Below the pieces are notes generated by a model that saw only the letters and a list, made by a program, of their open reading frames with translations, was not told the origin of the DNA and searched no databases. From the NCBI GenBank assembly GCA_905178155.1, contig CAJINV010000022.1, positions 62,001-126,000 on the forward strand: DNA of 64,000 nt, in the 5' to 3' direction. The translations under genes and the position numbers were made by a program. Shown piece after piece: positions 26,001 to 37,384 of this stretch; positions within the stretch are counted from its first letter, which is position 1; each line of letters starts with the position of its first letter. Source of the DNA: Amoebophrya sp. A120 (Eukaryota > Protista > Dinoflagellata).

Positions 26001-29000
26001 CCACCACGGTTTTGGTCCTGCCTTTCGCGCCCCCGGATACAGAGGAGGTCTTTGACGAGGAGGTGCAGCAGGTTTCTGGTTCTGCGACAGTGGGTATGGC
26101 GTTACCGGCCGGGACGAGTGGGGAGGATCTCTTAAACAACCAAGAAGTGGTCACCTCCTTTCAGCAGACCTTCGCGGATCAGTACTCTGTTCCCGCTGAT
26201 AACGTTGTGGTCACCGGATTTCAGGTCAACGGAGTTCTTGTCAGACGCGGTCGTGCCCGGGTTCTCATGCAGGACCAGCGGAAGCTGCAAGAAGCTCCTC
26301 AACAAAGCACCTCCACATCCGCCGAAGTAACCTGTAATTACGACATTCAGGTGCAGGACGCGCAAGACATCGAGCGGATCCAGGAGAAGGCGCAGTTAAT
26401 TCAGCCGGAGCAGTTGAAACAAACTCTCACTACCTCGATCGCGGCGCACGTGAAATCGTTGGAGCTGGTGATTTATGAACTGCAAAAATGTCTGGGTCTC
26501 GAAGGATGTGAACTTGTGATGCGCATTTCACAACACAGACAAATCTCTCACGCCTAGGTAGCAAAAGATGTCCATTTCCTGTCACCAAAGTGGGGGATTT
26601 GTCATGCGGATTAGCAATGCGGAAGCTTCTCGGAATCTGTGATACTGGGGCTTCCATGATAGACATCCTGCGTCATGCAAAAACAGCATGACTCGTCTTC
26701 CAGACCGAGACGTTTTTGCATTTGATATGATTAATGAGGTCAAGAAGCTGGTCAGCTTGTTGAACTGCAACACGGTGATTGCGAACGGGCAGTGTGTGGA
26801 GCAGATGCAGCAAAACTTTTGTGTCCACCAGTGTCAAGTCCACGAGGCTTTGAAGAACGCGATGGTGGGTATGCAAAGCAAAAGTATCTATCGTGCAACT
26901 GGTAATTTGCATTATACAATTTTTTTCAGAAGGAAAAACAAAAAGTGAGTTTGTAATGCTGAATTAGATTGTAGGAGCGAGACCATGTTGTCTGTCATGC
27001 TGTGCCACAATTCCTACGAGTGCGATACTTTTGCAGTGGATAGTGGGCTTACAAGGGCTGGCCGACGTTTTGGACGATCAGGAGGACAATTCAGACGATG
27101 AACCTGAAGAGGACATCAGCGATGAAGAGGAGGGTGCAGACGGGGATGAAAGCATCCCGACCGCCACCACGGCCTTGAAGATCAAGGAGCGAGCGGATGG
27201 AGAGAAGGTGTCTACTTCCTCTGCCGGGGGTTCTGGTGACGACGGCACGCAGTTTATCTTTTACATCGCTCTGGGCGCGGGGATTCCGTTTACTTGCATT
27301 TTTTTGTACTTGCTGCAGAAAAAGTGCGAGAAGAACAAGAAGAAATCTCTCGCTTCGAAGATGGACATGTACGAGAAGCAAAGCAACACCAGTTCCACCG
27401 CAACGGGGACCAATAATCGCAATGGAACAAATGTAGACGATTTGATCGAGGTCCAGTCCATCTCTACCGGTGTTGACAGCAACTTTGTCGTCGGCCAGCC
27501 GCTGGCAGGCGAGACCACCCAGAACGCGACGACCGCGATGCAAGAAAAGTCGAATTCCGCGACATTGTATGCATTGCAAATACGGCTGGGTCTGGAAGAA
27601 TGCAAGTTTGTCATGCTTGTGTCACATGACTCGTAAATCTGTAATGCATGAGCAGGAAAATAAAAGGCTCTCTCATCTGTTATGCAAATATGCAGTTTGT
27701 CATGCGGAAAGCGAAACACACAGGAGCCCAAAAACTTGTCATGCGTGGCTGCATATTGCAATGCGCCCACCATTCAAAAAGTAGCATCACGAGTTTCCAG
27801 ACCCAGAAATATTTGCATTTGATACATTGGTGATCCCGACCGGCTACGTGAAGGAGGGGCAGGAGAAGTATGACAAAACGCAAGTGATGAAGTTTGAGAC
27901 GAAGCAAAACAAAATGAAGATGAAGACGAAAAAATCTTCGAGTAACAATGATAATCGTATGAATTTCGAGGAGGAGTTTAACTTTGACGACTTTGTCATC
28001 CCGGATGAGGAGGAGGAACTTGGTCGTGGGAACCAGCATCACAAAAATGGTACTACTGCTGCTCAGCAGCATAACAGTAACAGTAACCTCTCCACGAGCG
28101 AACAAATTAACCCAGGTCAGGCCATCAATGTGGAACTCACCCCGTAACAAATGTGAAAATGTCTGGGTCTGGAAGAATGCAACTTGTGATGCTAAATCAG
28201 AAGCATGCAAAAATCTGTGTTGCATGATTACCGAAAGTCGTCCAGTTGTGACCAAGTCGGGAGGGCGTTTCTCATGCAGGATAGACATGAGAGAGATCGC
28301 TCAGATTCTGTCATGCTAGGTCCTGCATTACAGACTTCATGGGTCATGGAAAAGCTGCATGACAAATCGCGCACTCTTCCAGACCCAGACACTTTTGCAT
28401 TTGAGACCCCGCCCAAAGTGCCGAAAGGTGCTCGCTTGGCCCGGAAGGTGGAGGAAGAGGACGATGGTGGAGCTGCCAAGTATCAAATGAAAAAATGTCT
28501 GGGTCTGGAAGGTGGCAACTTGTCATGGTAAATCTGAATCATGTAAAAATCTGTGTTGCATGATTACCAAAAGCTGTCCACTTTTGCGAAGTTGATTGGA
28601 GTTTCTCATGCAGGAATTGCATGGCAGAGACCTCCTCGCGGAGTCTGTCATGCTAAGTGCCGCATTCCAGACCTCATGGGTCATCGAAAATCTGCATGAC
28701 AAGTTATACACTTTTCCAGACCCAGACACTTTTGCACTTGATACGAAGGTGCACATGCCGATCCCCGGGATGCGGAAATCGTCTGGGAGGCTGTCGAAGC
28801 CCAATGTAGCTCCTTCCGATGAACAGCAGGCTCCTACTTCGCAGACTTCTCAAAGTCCGAAGAAGAAGTCCCAAAAGATTGCGGACCCCCTCGGGCCCTA
28901 CATGGGCACTGAGGAAATTCTGGCCCCGCAAGACGGGGTCGGGGAGGGAAGCGGAAATCATTTTCATGCAGGAGACCACGCGCCGATGTCGCCGGGGGCG

Positions 29001-30332
29001 TTGCGGCGGATGAAACAAGCCGCTGCTGCTGGTACAACTGGACATCATGGGGTTCAGCCTCAATACGCTGATGTGGAAAATAAATCCAACACCAGCTACA
29101 CGGTGAATTACACCGCCAGAGAATCGATGCTGGCGCCGGAGAGCGAGGCCCCCTCTACCGGTCGAACTTCCCACGGGTCGTTGACTTCGAGAAGCTCGTT
29201 GTCCTCGATCACCAGCCGCACGAACAACCTAGACGAACAGGTGGAGACGCCGCGGCAGCGGATGGCGAGCAACCGGATTCCGCAACCCGGAGGTCGTGGG
29301 TTCAGACCGGCCGAGCGGGAAAACAGCTTTGGGGAGAACAATCAGCCGACTATGGTGAACGTTGGCGGCGAATTATGGAACGAAAGAACTGTGTTGGTGT
29401 AGGTCTTTATTGGAGCGATAGCATGACAAATTTGCAGCTCCGCATGACAGAGAACAAAGTTTGTCATGCGCAGCTACTAGTACGGGAAAAAGACATCAAC
29501 AGAGGACTTCTTCATGGGTGTCTGGCATGACAAGTGTATACTGTTTTGCATTTTTTGCATCACAGACTGTGACTGACACACACACAGTTTTTTTCTTGCA
29601 TACGAATCGGATAATCCCGCTTCGTGGCAGTGGTCCACGCCGCCGCACAGTGGGGAGATGGAATTTGTATGCATTGCAAATGTATCGTACTAAGTGCAAA
29701 TAGCATCACAAATTTGATACCCAGAAGAAAAAATGGAATTTGTGATGCTGAATCATCTCGGAAACCAGATCTCTCATGCTGTGCTGCAATTACTAGTACG
29801 AGTGCGATACAACTTTTGCAATGCAGCATAGTTTGCTGGGACGAGAAACAATCCGCCCTCCTCCGCTCGGTCCATTCGCTCGGTTTCCTCCTCCGCGTCG
29901 CGTTTCATATGAAATGCAAAACAAAGTATCGCATTAGTGGTAATCGCATTACAAATTTGCTCTGCGTGACAAATGGAATTTGTAATGCTGCTTTTTGTTG
30001 AGAAAGAGACTTGTCATGCATGATTGCGATTACTACGAGTGCGATACGTTTGCGCAGGATATTTCAGCACGGACAGCGATGACACCTCGTATCCTGTGCA
30101 AAAGCATCGCACTCGTACGTAGTAATTGCAATCATCCATCACAAATCTCCATCCCAAGGCAAAACAGCATGACAAATTCCTTTTGTCATGCCGAGCTAAT
30201 TTGTATTGCAATTACTACTAGAACTAGTACGATACTTTTGCAGTGCATACTTCGACGCCGTTTACGATGAATGCGGCTGGCGGGAACAAGGGAAAGAAGT
30301 TTGAAACGATCGCGGAGGAGCAGGAAGTGTAA
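14027..30332 (+). CDS. Giant type-I membrane/surface protein (~3,220 aa): signal peptide, SGNH hydrolase, YHYH-like domain, Cys-rich repeats, 4 Kazal domains, lectin-like domain, Thr-rich mucin stalk, TM helix, long cytoplasmic tail
   Basis: 28 introners (one degenerate, about 15393-15608) plus GT-AG intron 18167-18319. The spliced frame gives FPLFLLIFVTFLSCLSLW; IIGDS...NCARGGAT...GGGRN...DNSHPS; LDECGGHTREYHFH and LDACNGHFG...VYHYHVTERPPFTIGCYG; three C..HGFRLC..EELE.NRAAGTGC.FD.TRVWS repeats; PVCG.DG.TY.N.C; TM FIFYIALGAGIPFTCIFLYLL; ends IAEEQEV*. Confidence 0.82.
14271..14576. mobile_element. Introner family E (~305-315 bp; 3 copies); representative copy
   Basis: TIR TATGAAAGCCTCAGGTTGGAAATCCTCAAA...TTTGAGGATTTCCATTCTGAGGCTTCCATA; direct repeat GCCGC. 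Related copies 38382-38687 (ACACT) and 52589-52902 (TTCTC), of the form TATGGGAGTGTCAGGAT...CCTGACGCWTCCATA. Confidence 0.88.
16722..17028. mobile_element. 307-bp insertion with a 7-bp target duplication inside a family D introner
   Basis: CATGACA at 16715-16721 and 17029-17035. The host copy is 530 bp versus about 230 bp for other D copies. No TIR; internal hairpin AGATAGCTACAAAGCTC...GAGCTTTTGTAGCTGTCT. Confidence 0.72.
17690..18166 (+). repeat. Coding tandem repeat, ~60-bp unit encoding (D/N/E/S)KGTGKG-GDTQMPPSTGG
   Basis: Seven KGTGKG units in ORF 17552..18259, plus two more near 15690 and 15925. Confidence 0.85.
24633..26007 (+). repeat. Thr-rich mucin-like coding repeats (TTTLAP, TVTQTTTS, TTTQ)
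   Basis: ORFs 24372 and 25547, interrupted by introner D 25490-25708 (direct repeat ACCAC). Confidence 0.9.
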
Positions 30333-33300
30333 AAAGTTTAAGAGAATGATAATCGAAGCGGAACCTTCTATGTAATATCTCGAGGACTACGTCACAAATT
30401 CTAAGGCGAAAATAAGAATGTCTAGTACTGCATACTCGATTTACATCAAAATGAAAAAAGTACGACAAGCTCTACTGAGGAAGCGTGTAAAGCATAGGAT
30501 GGGATGCAAAAACCTAAATATGCTAGACCATAGGCGATGGTCGTGTATAACATAAAAATTGGAAATCTCATGTACGATGTACCTTAGCTCTACAACTTGT
30601 ACGAAGAAGACTACTTAGTTGGAGGATATACCTATTTGCAGTACACCAGAACTACAACTACTTTGACAATGCGGCCAATCTTCAGGCCTTGTTATTATCT
30701 AAGAAACGATATTACCTACGACCACAACTTGAAATTGCTTTTGCCACTTACTTTTACAAAGTCCCGAGCACAGCACTCTATACCAGCTTCGGCGTGGTTG
30801 CGGCCAGATGGAAGGGACGGGCGGAGAAACATGCAGTTCAAGTAAGAAGGGCAGGGCGATAAGTTTACAAATTCTCTCGAAGTATTCATAAGCTACCCGC
30901 TCCCTACGTAAAACTTGCGAATAAACAAATTTTGTGTCACTTACAGAAAAAAACTTGAATTAGCAACCGCGTGTAGAAGCGAAAAGACAATCTACAGATA
31001 CAAGCGACACGCGATTTGCTTTTGTCTAAAGCTGTAAAAGTAGAAGATTCACTATCACTGAGAACAAACCTAAGCTTCAACCTTCTGTGTAGTTCCTACT
31101 TACAACCGCCAGCGGGTCTGTAGTTGCGGACCACGCCTTCTGAAGAGAAGCATGAGGATTCTGAGACGAGTCCTTTTTGCCGGTGGGGGTGAGGGACTGA
31201 CAGTTTGGTCGTTGACAACGCCGTCGTATCAAATTGCATGGTAAAACATGTTTCATCTTCGAGCGGTGAGTCTGAAATCCGCGTCTTCATGTGCACATAA
31301 ATTGCTTTGCTGCTGATTCGGTGAAGAAGACGACATTGGCCTCGTGCCCTCAGAATATTTTACCAATGCACGACTGGAAGGGTGATAGTTGAATAGAAAG
31401 CTCAATATAAATATGATTAAACGAAAGCTCTTACACCGAAACGGCATACTTACGTTTGCCCATTGACGCATATCCGTTTGGTGTTCGCTTTTATGCAAGG
31501 CCTTGCATCTGAGTTTGCCTTCCGAGGATCACGAGGCGGTGGAGCGGGAGAGAACGAGCAAAAGCTTCTGTGTGTGTGAGTCGAAGATGAGACCAAGAGA
31601 AGTGCAGTACTAGCAGCCATGTCTCCCCGTTCATCATCTGAAGTGGAGTGTAGTCCGAGGCCTTGAGCAAGTTGAGCTGGACGGGCGAACACTAGCCCTG
31701 GAGTGTTGGGCACGAGAAATGTAGGCTGCAACCTGTACTAGACGAGTGAGAGAGAATGGCTCTGAGCACGACCAGCAGGGGAACAAGCTATGGGCGTGAC
31801 AATATGCCTTCCACCAAAGCAAGTGCAAGGAAGCGCCCCGCATTGAGGGCACAACCTTCGCGGCGGGGCCGGGGGAGGGTGGCGGCCGATTTATGGCCGA
31901 TTTATGCTGCGTGAAGCGCCGACGGCGTCGGAGAATGCCCCAGCGCCGCGCTATTGACCGGGCGCGCGGGCCGGCGATATTTATATATGCTCCTGTGACG
32001 GCTTGCCCACATCGACATCGCTGAGAATCAGGTGGACGTGGAAGGCAGCGGGCCAACGCCGTGCCGCAGCCCCCCAGGCACTGCCCGCGCGACAGCTGGA
32101 GAAGGATGCCAAGGCGATCGGTGGCCCGCGCGCCGGATTTTGTGGAGGCGTGGGCCTCCGCCGCCCCCTCCGCGTTTTTGCTTCTGCGCCGCGCCCTGCG
32201 CTGCCGGCCAGCCGGAGCCAGCGGGCGCGCGGGCGCCCCCAGGCTTGGGCGCCCACAAGATTCCCCGCCAAGTGGCGGCACTGCGGCCCAGCTAGGGCCA
32301 GCGGCTTCGCCCCCCAGGCATGTGGGTGGCCAGCGACGTGCGCCCGCCAATAGGCGAGCCGCCTCGGTCCACCTGCCGGCCCCGACCGGGAATTTTAGTT
32401 GCGTGTGGGCGTGGCAGAGTTGTCACATGGCCGTCTAATGTGATTGCCGTAACAATGTCAAAGTACCTACGGCTACGCCGAGCGCCCCCGGATCGCGTCC
32501 AGGTGCGCCAGGACTTGCGTTTGCGGGTTCGGCAGCCAATCAAAAATATCGAGCGCCCTGGCGGCGGCAGGGTTGGGCCAGCGTGCAGATTGAAGAAGCA
32601 ACCAGCCCTAGTAGGAGAGATTCCAACAAGTCGGAAGACTGTATTTCGTGCCACCGCCGCGCGGTCTGGGCTACTCAGTTCCCACTGCTGTGAAATCGCC
32701 ATGACCACCACCACATGTTGTGAAATGCAGAAACTCGGCCTTGACGTTGATGTGAAGATCGGTAAGAGTGTCTGCTTGGCAGCGATTCCGTATTTTTGGA
32801 GAGATCATGTTGTAATAAAGACATTTGGATTTGCCCTGTGCCTATAGCCTGACTCGGACTTGTTCCAGATCCCGATCTTTCTTCTCTGTGCAATCAATTT
32901 TCTACGTAGCAGGCGGGCTCTTGTACATGAGATCGTCTAGTACTTGCACATCGGTCATCATCATGAAAACATTGTTTGTCCATCTCGAGGTTGAAGGCTG
33001 AAGGAGAATTATCTCGATCACAACGGTATCCGTGCCAGTGCCTACGGCAGCCCCCTATTCACAAGTTATGGAAACGGAAAGCAGATTGGCTTCAGGAAAT
33101 TAAGTATAAAAGAGTTTTACGTCGCACCTCGCTGTTGCTGACCAAGCGTCTGTATGTAGAGTCGTAGTTTTTTTTCTTTTTGGCTTTTTTCAAGCAATGC
33201 TTGTACTCTAAGCACCTGCACCGCCTTTTTGTTTTTGTTCTTGCCCCCTGTACTAGCCAGAAAGCAATACCTCTTGAAAAAACTCTTCATTCTTCACCAG

Positions 33301-33388
33301 CGCAACTAGTTCTTCATACCGTTACCGTCTGCTTACCTGGAATCCAATACTCGATTATCTTTTGCACCCTCTCGTCCAGATCTCGAAG

Positions 33389-34305
33389 ATGTCCGCTCCC
33401 GAACAGGAAATCCAAAAAGTCCGCCAAGCAGCCGAAGACTACGCTTTCGGCTGGTACTTGAAACAACCAGAGAGGATCGGCAACGCCCTGCACGACAAGC
33501 TGGTGAAGCGAACTCTTGAGCAGCCGAACGACCAACTGAAGGAGATCACTAAGCAGGATTTGGTTCGGTTAACCGAAGAAAAAGAGGGAATCGACGCGGA
33601 GGATATGCAGCAGTGCGACATTTATCAAATGCAAAAATGTCTGGGTTTGGAAGATTTCTAGATTTGTCATGCATATTTTCCATGAGCCATGACGTCTGTG
33701 ATGCATGCCGTAGCATCACAGATTTTTAGAGGGCTTTGTGATACGTCTACCGCATGAGAAATGCCCTCTCCCCGTAGGAGAAACTGGAGTCCTCTTGCTG
33801 GTCATGCAATACAATTTTTTTTTTAGAATCCAAATACAGCATCACAAATTTAGAATCTTCCAGACCCAGACATTTTTGCATTGGATAACATTAAGGTGGA
33901 TTTCGTTGGCGGGCCGGGAAACGGTTGCGCGATGTTGGAATTGGAAATGAAGCATTGGTTTGACTTCATGCAGCTGGTGAAAATGGAAAACGGAGAGTGG
34001 AAAATTGTGAACGTGCTGTGGATATCAAATGCAAAAATGTCTAGGTCTGGAAGGATCCGAGCTTGTGATGCGAGTTGCGGATCGTACGTAGAAAGATCTG
34101 TGTTGCATGACTGGCAAAAGGTGCTCCCTTCTGGCCATGCTGACAGGGTAATACTAAATAGGCATCACCATCACGAAGGGGCTGCAGAACCTGTGATGCT
34201 AGGCCACGCATTCCAGACTTCCGGGAGCTTGGAAAAACTGCATGACAAATCCCGGAATCTTCCAGACCCAGACATTTTTGCAATGCATAGTGGAAGGCGA
34301 AGTAA
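33389..34305 (+). CDS. NTF2/SnoaL-fold protein, lumazine-binding-2-like (~124 aa), 2 introners
   Basis: After removing 33623-33887 and 34023-34289: MSAPEQEIQKVRQAAEDYAFGWY...ERIGNALHDKLVKR...WFDFMQLVKMENGEWKIVNVLWKAK*. The DY..GWY, ALH..L.KR and G.WKIVNVLW pattern is typical of this family. Confidence 0.8.
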
Positions 34306-36374
34306 GGAGGGCCGGAAGTAGATCGTTTGGCCTTGTTTTAGCCGAGATGATGATATATTTTCGCAGAGAGATGGAAATAGTAAATATATAAAGTCAAGTC
34401 CATCATCAAACCACTTTGATTTTTTTTTTGATTTTTACCGTGCCATTTTTCGTAACAGCTGGAAAACGAAACGCGAAAGCCGTGTGCAGCACGTAGAACC
34501 AAAACCAGCTTGAGATTGAAAACGAAGGACGAGTTTTCACATACAGCCCAAGTCATTCCGTGGGCGAGTTTGAAGAATCTCGATCTCGAACATGAGAAGG
34601 ACATGATGAGATCGCGGTATAATTCAAAGCAGTGCGTGGCGCTTGTGCATACGCTCAGGCCACCGCTTCGTCGTGGTTGTACTTGAATCTGTTCTTCCTT
34701 CTACAAAAATGTTGTCGCCGCGACAGCTATTTGCATCTCGACCGGGACCGGGTGTTCCTCTAACCTTCGTGCGGGTTTATGTCCGTTCGTTGTGAAGCGT
34801 GTCGTCTTCACCGTATAGAGCCATACATTTGGCGCGTCGCGTGCGCAGTTTCCAGCGCGCAGCAATGCGGCGCGCACCTGCTCCGCCCGGCTCGGGCGGG
34901 TGCACGCGCGCCGGCCCAGTCCGTCGCACGTTGCCAGGCGCCTGGCTCGCTTTGGCCTTCAAGGCCGCTGCGGCCCTTGCCCCCCTGCCCCCCGCCGGGC
35001 GCATTTGTTATTGCCAGGCCCGGCAAAGCCTATCGGCGCTGGCCGCCTACAAGATGCGGCACGCACTCCGGCGGCCGTATGAAAAGGAGGAAGCAGGAGG
35101 CTCCTCGCCTCGAGCGTGCGCCCTTTGGGGGCAGGCAGCTCGCACCTGCCGAAGCGGAGACGCTGCTGCGTCTCGATGCACTATCCGCCAAAGCTTATGG
35201 GCTTAGCTTTGTCAAGTGGCGCCAGCGTTTTGGCGAGAGGATCGGCGTCGCGTATGGCAGGCGCGCCCATCCATGAATGACCCGGCCCGTTGCTTGCCAA
35301 GGTTGGCAGGGTGCGCAGCTGGCCAGCGGGCTGCTCGAGCCGGGGCAGGGGGGGCAGGACCCCACCGAGTTCCTGACCAAAGAGCCGGCGGCCGCCCGCG
35401 GACCGAGGTTGGTAGAACCGGCGTTGACATTTCTATCGTCGCTGAGGCTTTCAACGTGTGGGAGCTTGGGTCTTACTCTCTCGTCTGCCCAGCCCGAGTT
35501 GCGCCCTTCTTCAATCGGTTTCCGGTCAAATTGGAAGGCAAGGCGGGCGCCTTTCTTGTTTTCGCCCTGCCCCGCAGGGGTTCTGCCTGCCTGTCGTTCA
35601 GCTTGTTGCCTCGCCCCCTTCGGTAGCAACTAGGCCGGGCGCCCCTGTTCCGGCCCTGTTTGTTACAGGTGTGCACACTGCCTCGCGGCACGCCGGGGTG
35701 GGGCCGGGCCCCCTCCCTCGGCGAATCTAGCTCCCCATGCAAGGGGCCCGGACTCGTTTGCTCGCTTGGCCTTGGAAGTGGGGGCCACCCAGCCGCGTGC
35801 GCAGGCGCAGGCAGCGAAGGTTGGGGCCGGCCCCGTCTACCCTGCGGCCCGTCTTCCATGGCGCCACATTCTATTTGTTGGCAGCCTGCCGCCGGCCCTG
35901 TCGGCAGACTGGCTGCCTGGCTGTCACTGTGGGTGTGTGGGCACGCGGCCACGAATATGAGAAAAAGTGTGGGCGTTGCATCCCGGCTGCCGATGTTTGC
36001 ACCTGATGCCTTACCCGCAAAACGAAGCTGGGCCCTCTCGCAGAGTTACTTACCTTCATGTGCGTGCGCGGGCGCGCGGTGGCGGGCGTGGCCCGCCCGT
36101 GCCCTTTTTTGTATCTATGTTCTTCCCGGCTGCCGATGTTTGCACCTGGATGCAGCTCTCTCTCTGCTGCGTGTTTATTTGTCATTGCGCTCTTGCTCTT
36201 TGCCGGAGTCCGGTGTAGTTACAAAGTAGCGCCTTTCCCCGCTAGCTCGCGTTCAGTTTCGCAGAAAAAGAAATCAGTCGAGGACCAGCACACATGAGCA
36301 AAGAGAGTAAGCCCGCTGACTAAAAAGATGCACTGCAAAAAGGACTTCAGAGACAGATTTGATCACCTCCAACC

Positions 36375-36755
36375 ATGCCTCGCCCACCATTGCTGCAACT
36401 GTGGAAACAGTTTTGCTGGACCTGCCGCCAATTGCCCGACAACGTACGGCGACGGGAAATTAGGATTGCTAGAGGGTATATGCACTGCAAAAGTGTCGCA
36501 CTTACTAGTATAAATCGCAATACAAATTTTTCCAGAAAGATAGATGGAATTTGTAATGCTGATTATGCTAAGAAACAAGATTTGTCATGCGTGATTGCAA
36601 TTAGTACGAGTGCGATACTTTTGCACAGGATAGGGCATTTGAAAAACCTAGACGAACCAAAACGGGTCCCGGCAATACGCTACCAGCTGAGAAATATGGA
36701 GCAGGTTGTCCAAATGATCAAGTACAGAAGCATCAAAAGGAGGTATGATTTGTAA
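36375..36755 (+). CDS. Small LYR-motif-like protein (~73 aa), 1 introner
   Basis: Removing 36479-36632 gives MPRPPLLQLWKQFCWTCRQLPDNVRRREIRIARG(Y/H)LKNLDEPKRVPAIRYQLRNMEQVVQMIKYRSIKRRYDL*. Size, basic composition and the L.LWK...R.LP pattern resemble Complex1_LYR proteins. Confidence 0.55.
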   Translation: MPRPPLLQLWKQFCWTCRQLPDNVRRREIRIARGYMHCKSVALTSINRNTNFSRKIDGICNADYAKKQDLSCVIAISTSAILLHRIGHLKNLDEPKRVPAIRYQLRNMEQVVQMIKYRSIKRRYDL

Positions 36756-37384
36756 AAACGAACAAGAAACTGGAACTGTGCCTGTTTTATTGCATCAGGA
36801 TTCACAAGATTCTATCGCAGAATGGATGTTGGCTTCGGTGGGCCGATTGAAAAGCTTTGTCGGCGTTCAAGGGTCTGCTATTATGCAGATGAAGGGAGAG
36901 CCAGAACGTTCCAAGAAGGTTTGTTCAGTCTTGTTTTCCGCATTTTTCGAAAACCAGGCTCAACATTTACCATCCATCGTTGTAAACATTGCGCATGCGA
37001 GCTCATGAGGCGTGCATTCGCTTGTCGTCGTTTGTGAGAGTGACATTTAGTCGATGTTTGTGCCCGGTTGTAACGAGAGACACAGGGCTCGTCTAGCTGC
37101 AGCTCTTCCATTTCGTCGTGTCACTACAACTACCAACTAAATTCGTACCATTCTAATTTCCGCACCTCGTAATTTTTCGATTTCTTCATGATGTTCATGT
37201 TTCCTTGGACTGAATTCATTGTATTTGTATATTGTTCACAATAAAACCAGATCGTAAAAATCGTATAAAAGCGAGAGAGGGTGGTGCGAAACCATGACAC
37301 CAGCCTCTTTCGCGGTTGAAGCAAGAAGTCAAAGAAATCTAACGAGATAGAAGTCCGACACGAAAACCTCCGCGCAACTACAGC

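Noticed and set aside
29374-29402. Stop codon of ORF 28596..29402 as the end of the surface-protein gene
   Set aside because: The stop lies inside a family F element (CGAAT repeat); the frame continues to 30332.
36328-36513. Cys-rich 61-aa ORF
   Set aside because: After introner removal it stops almost immediately; the overlapping frame from 36375 gives a more plausible LYR-like protein.
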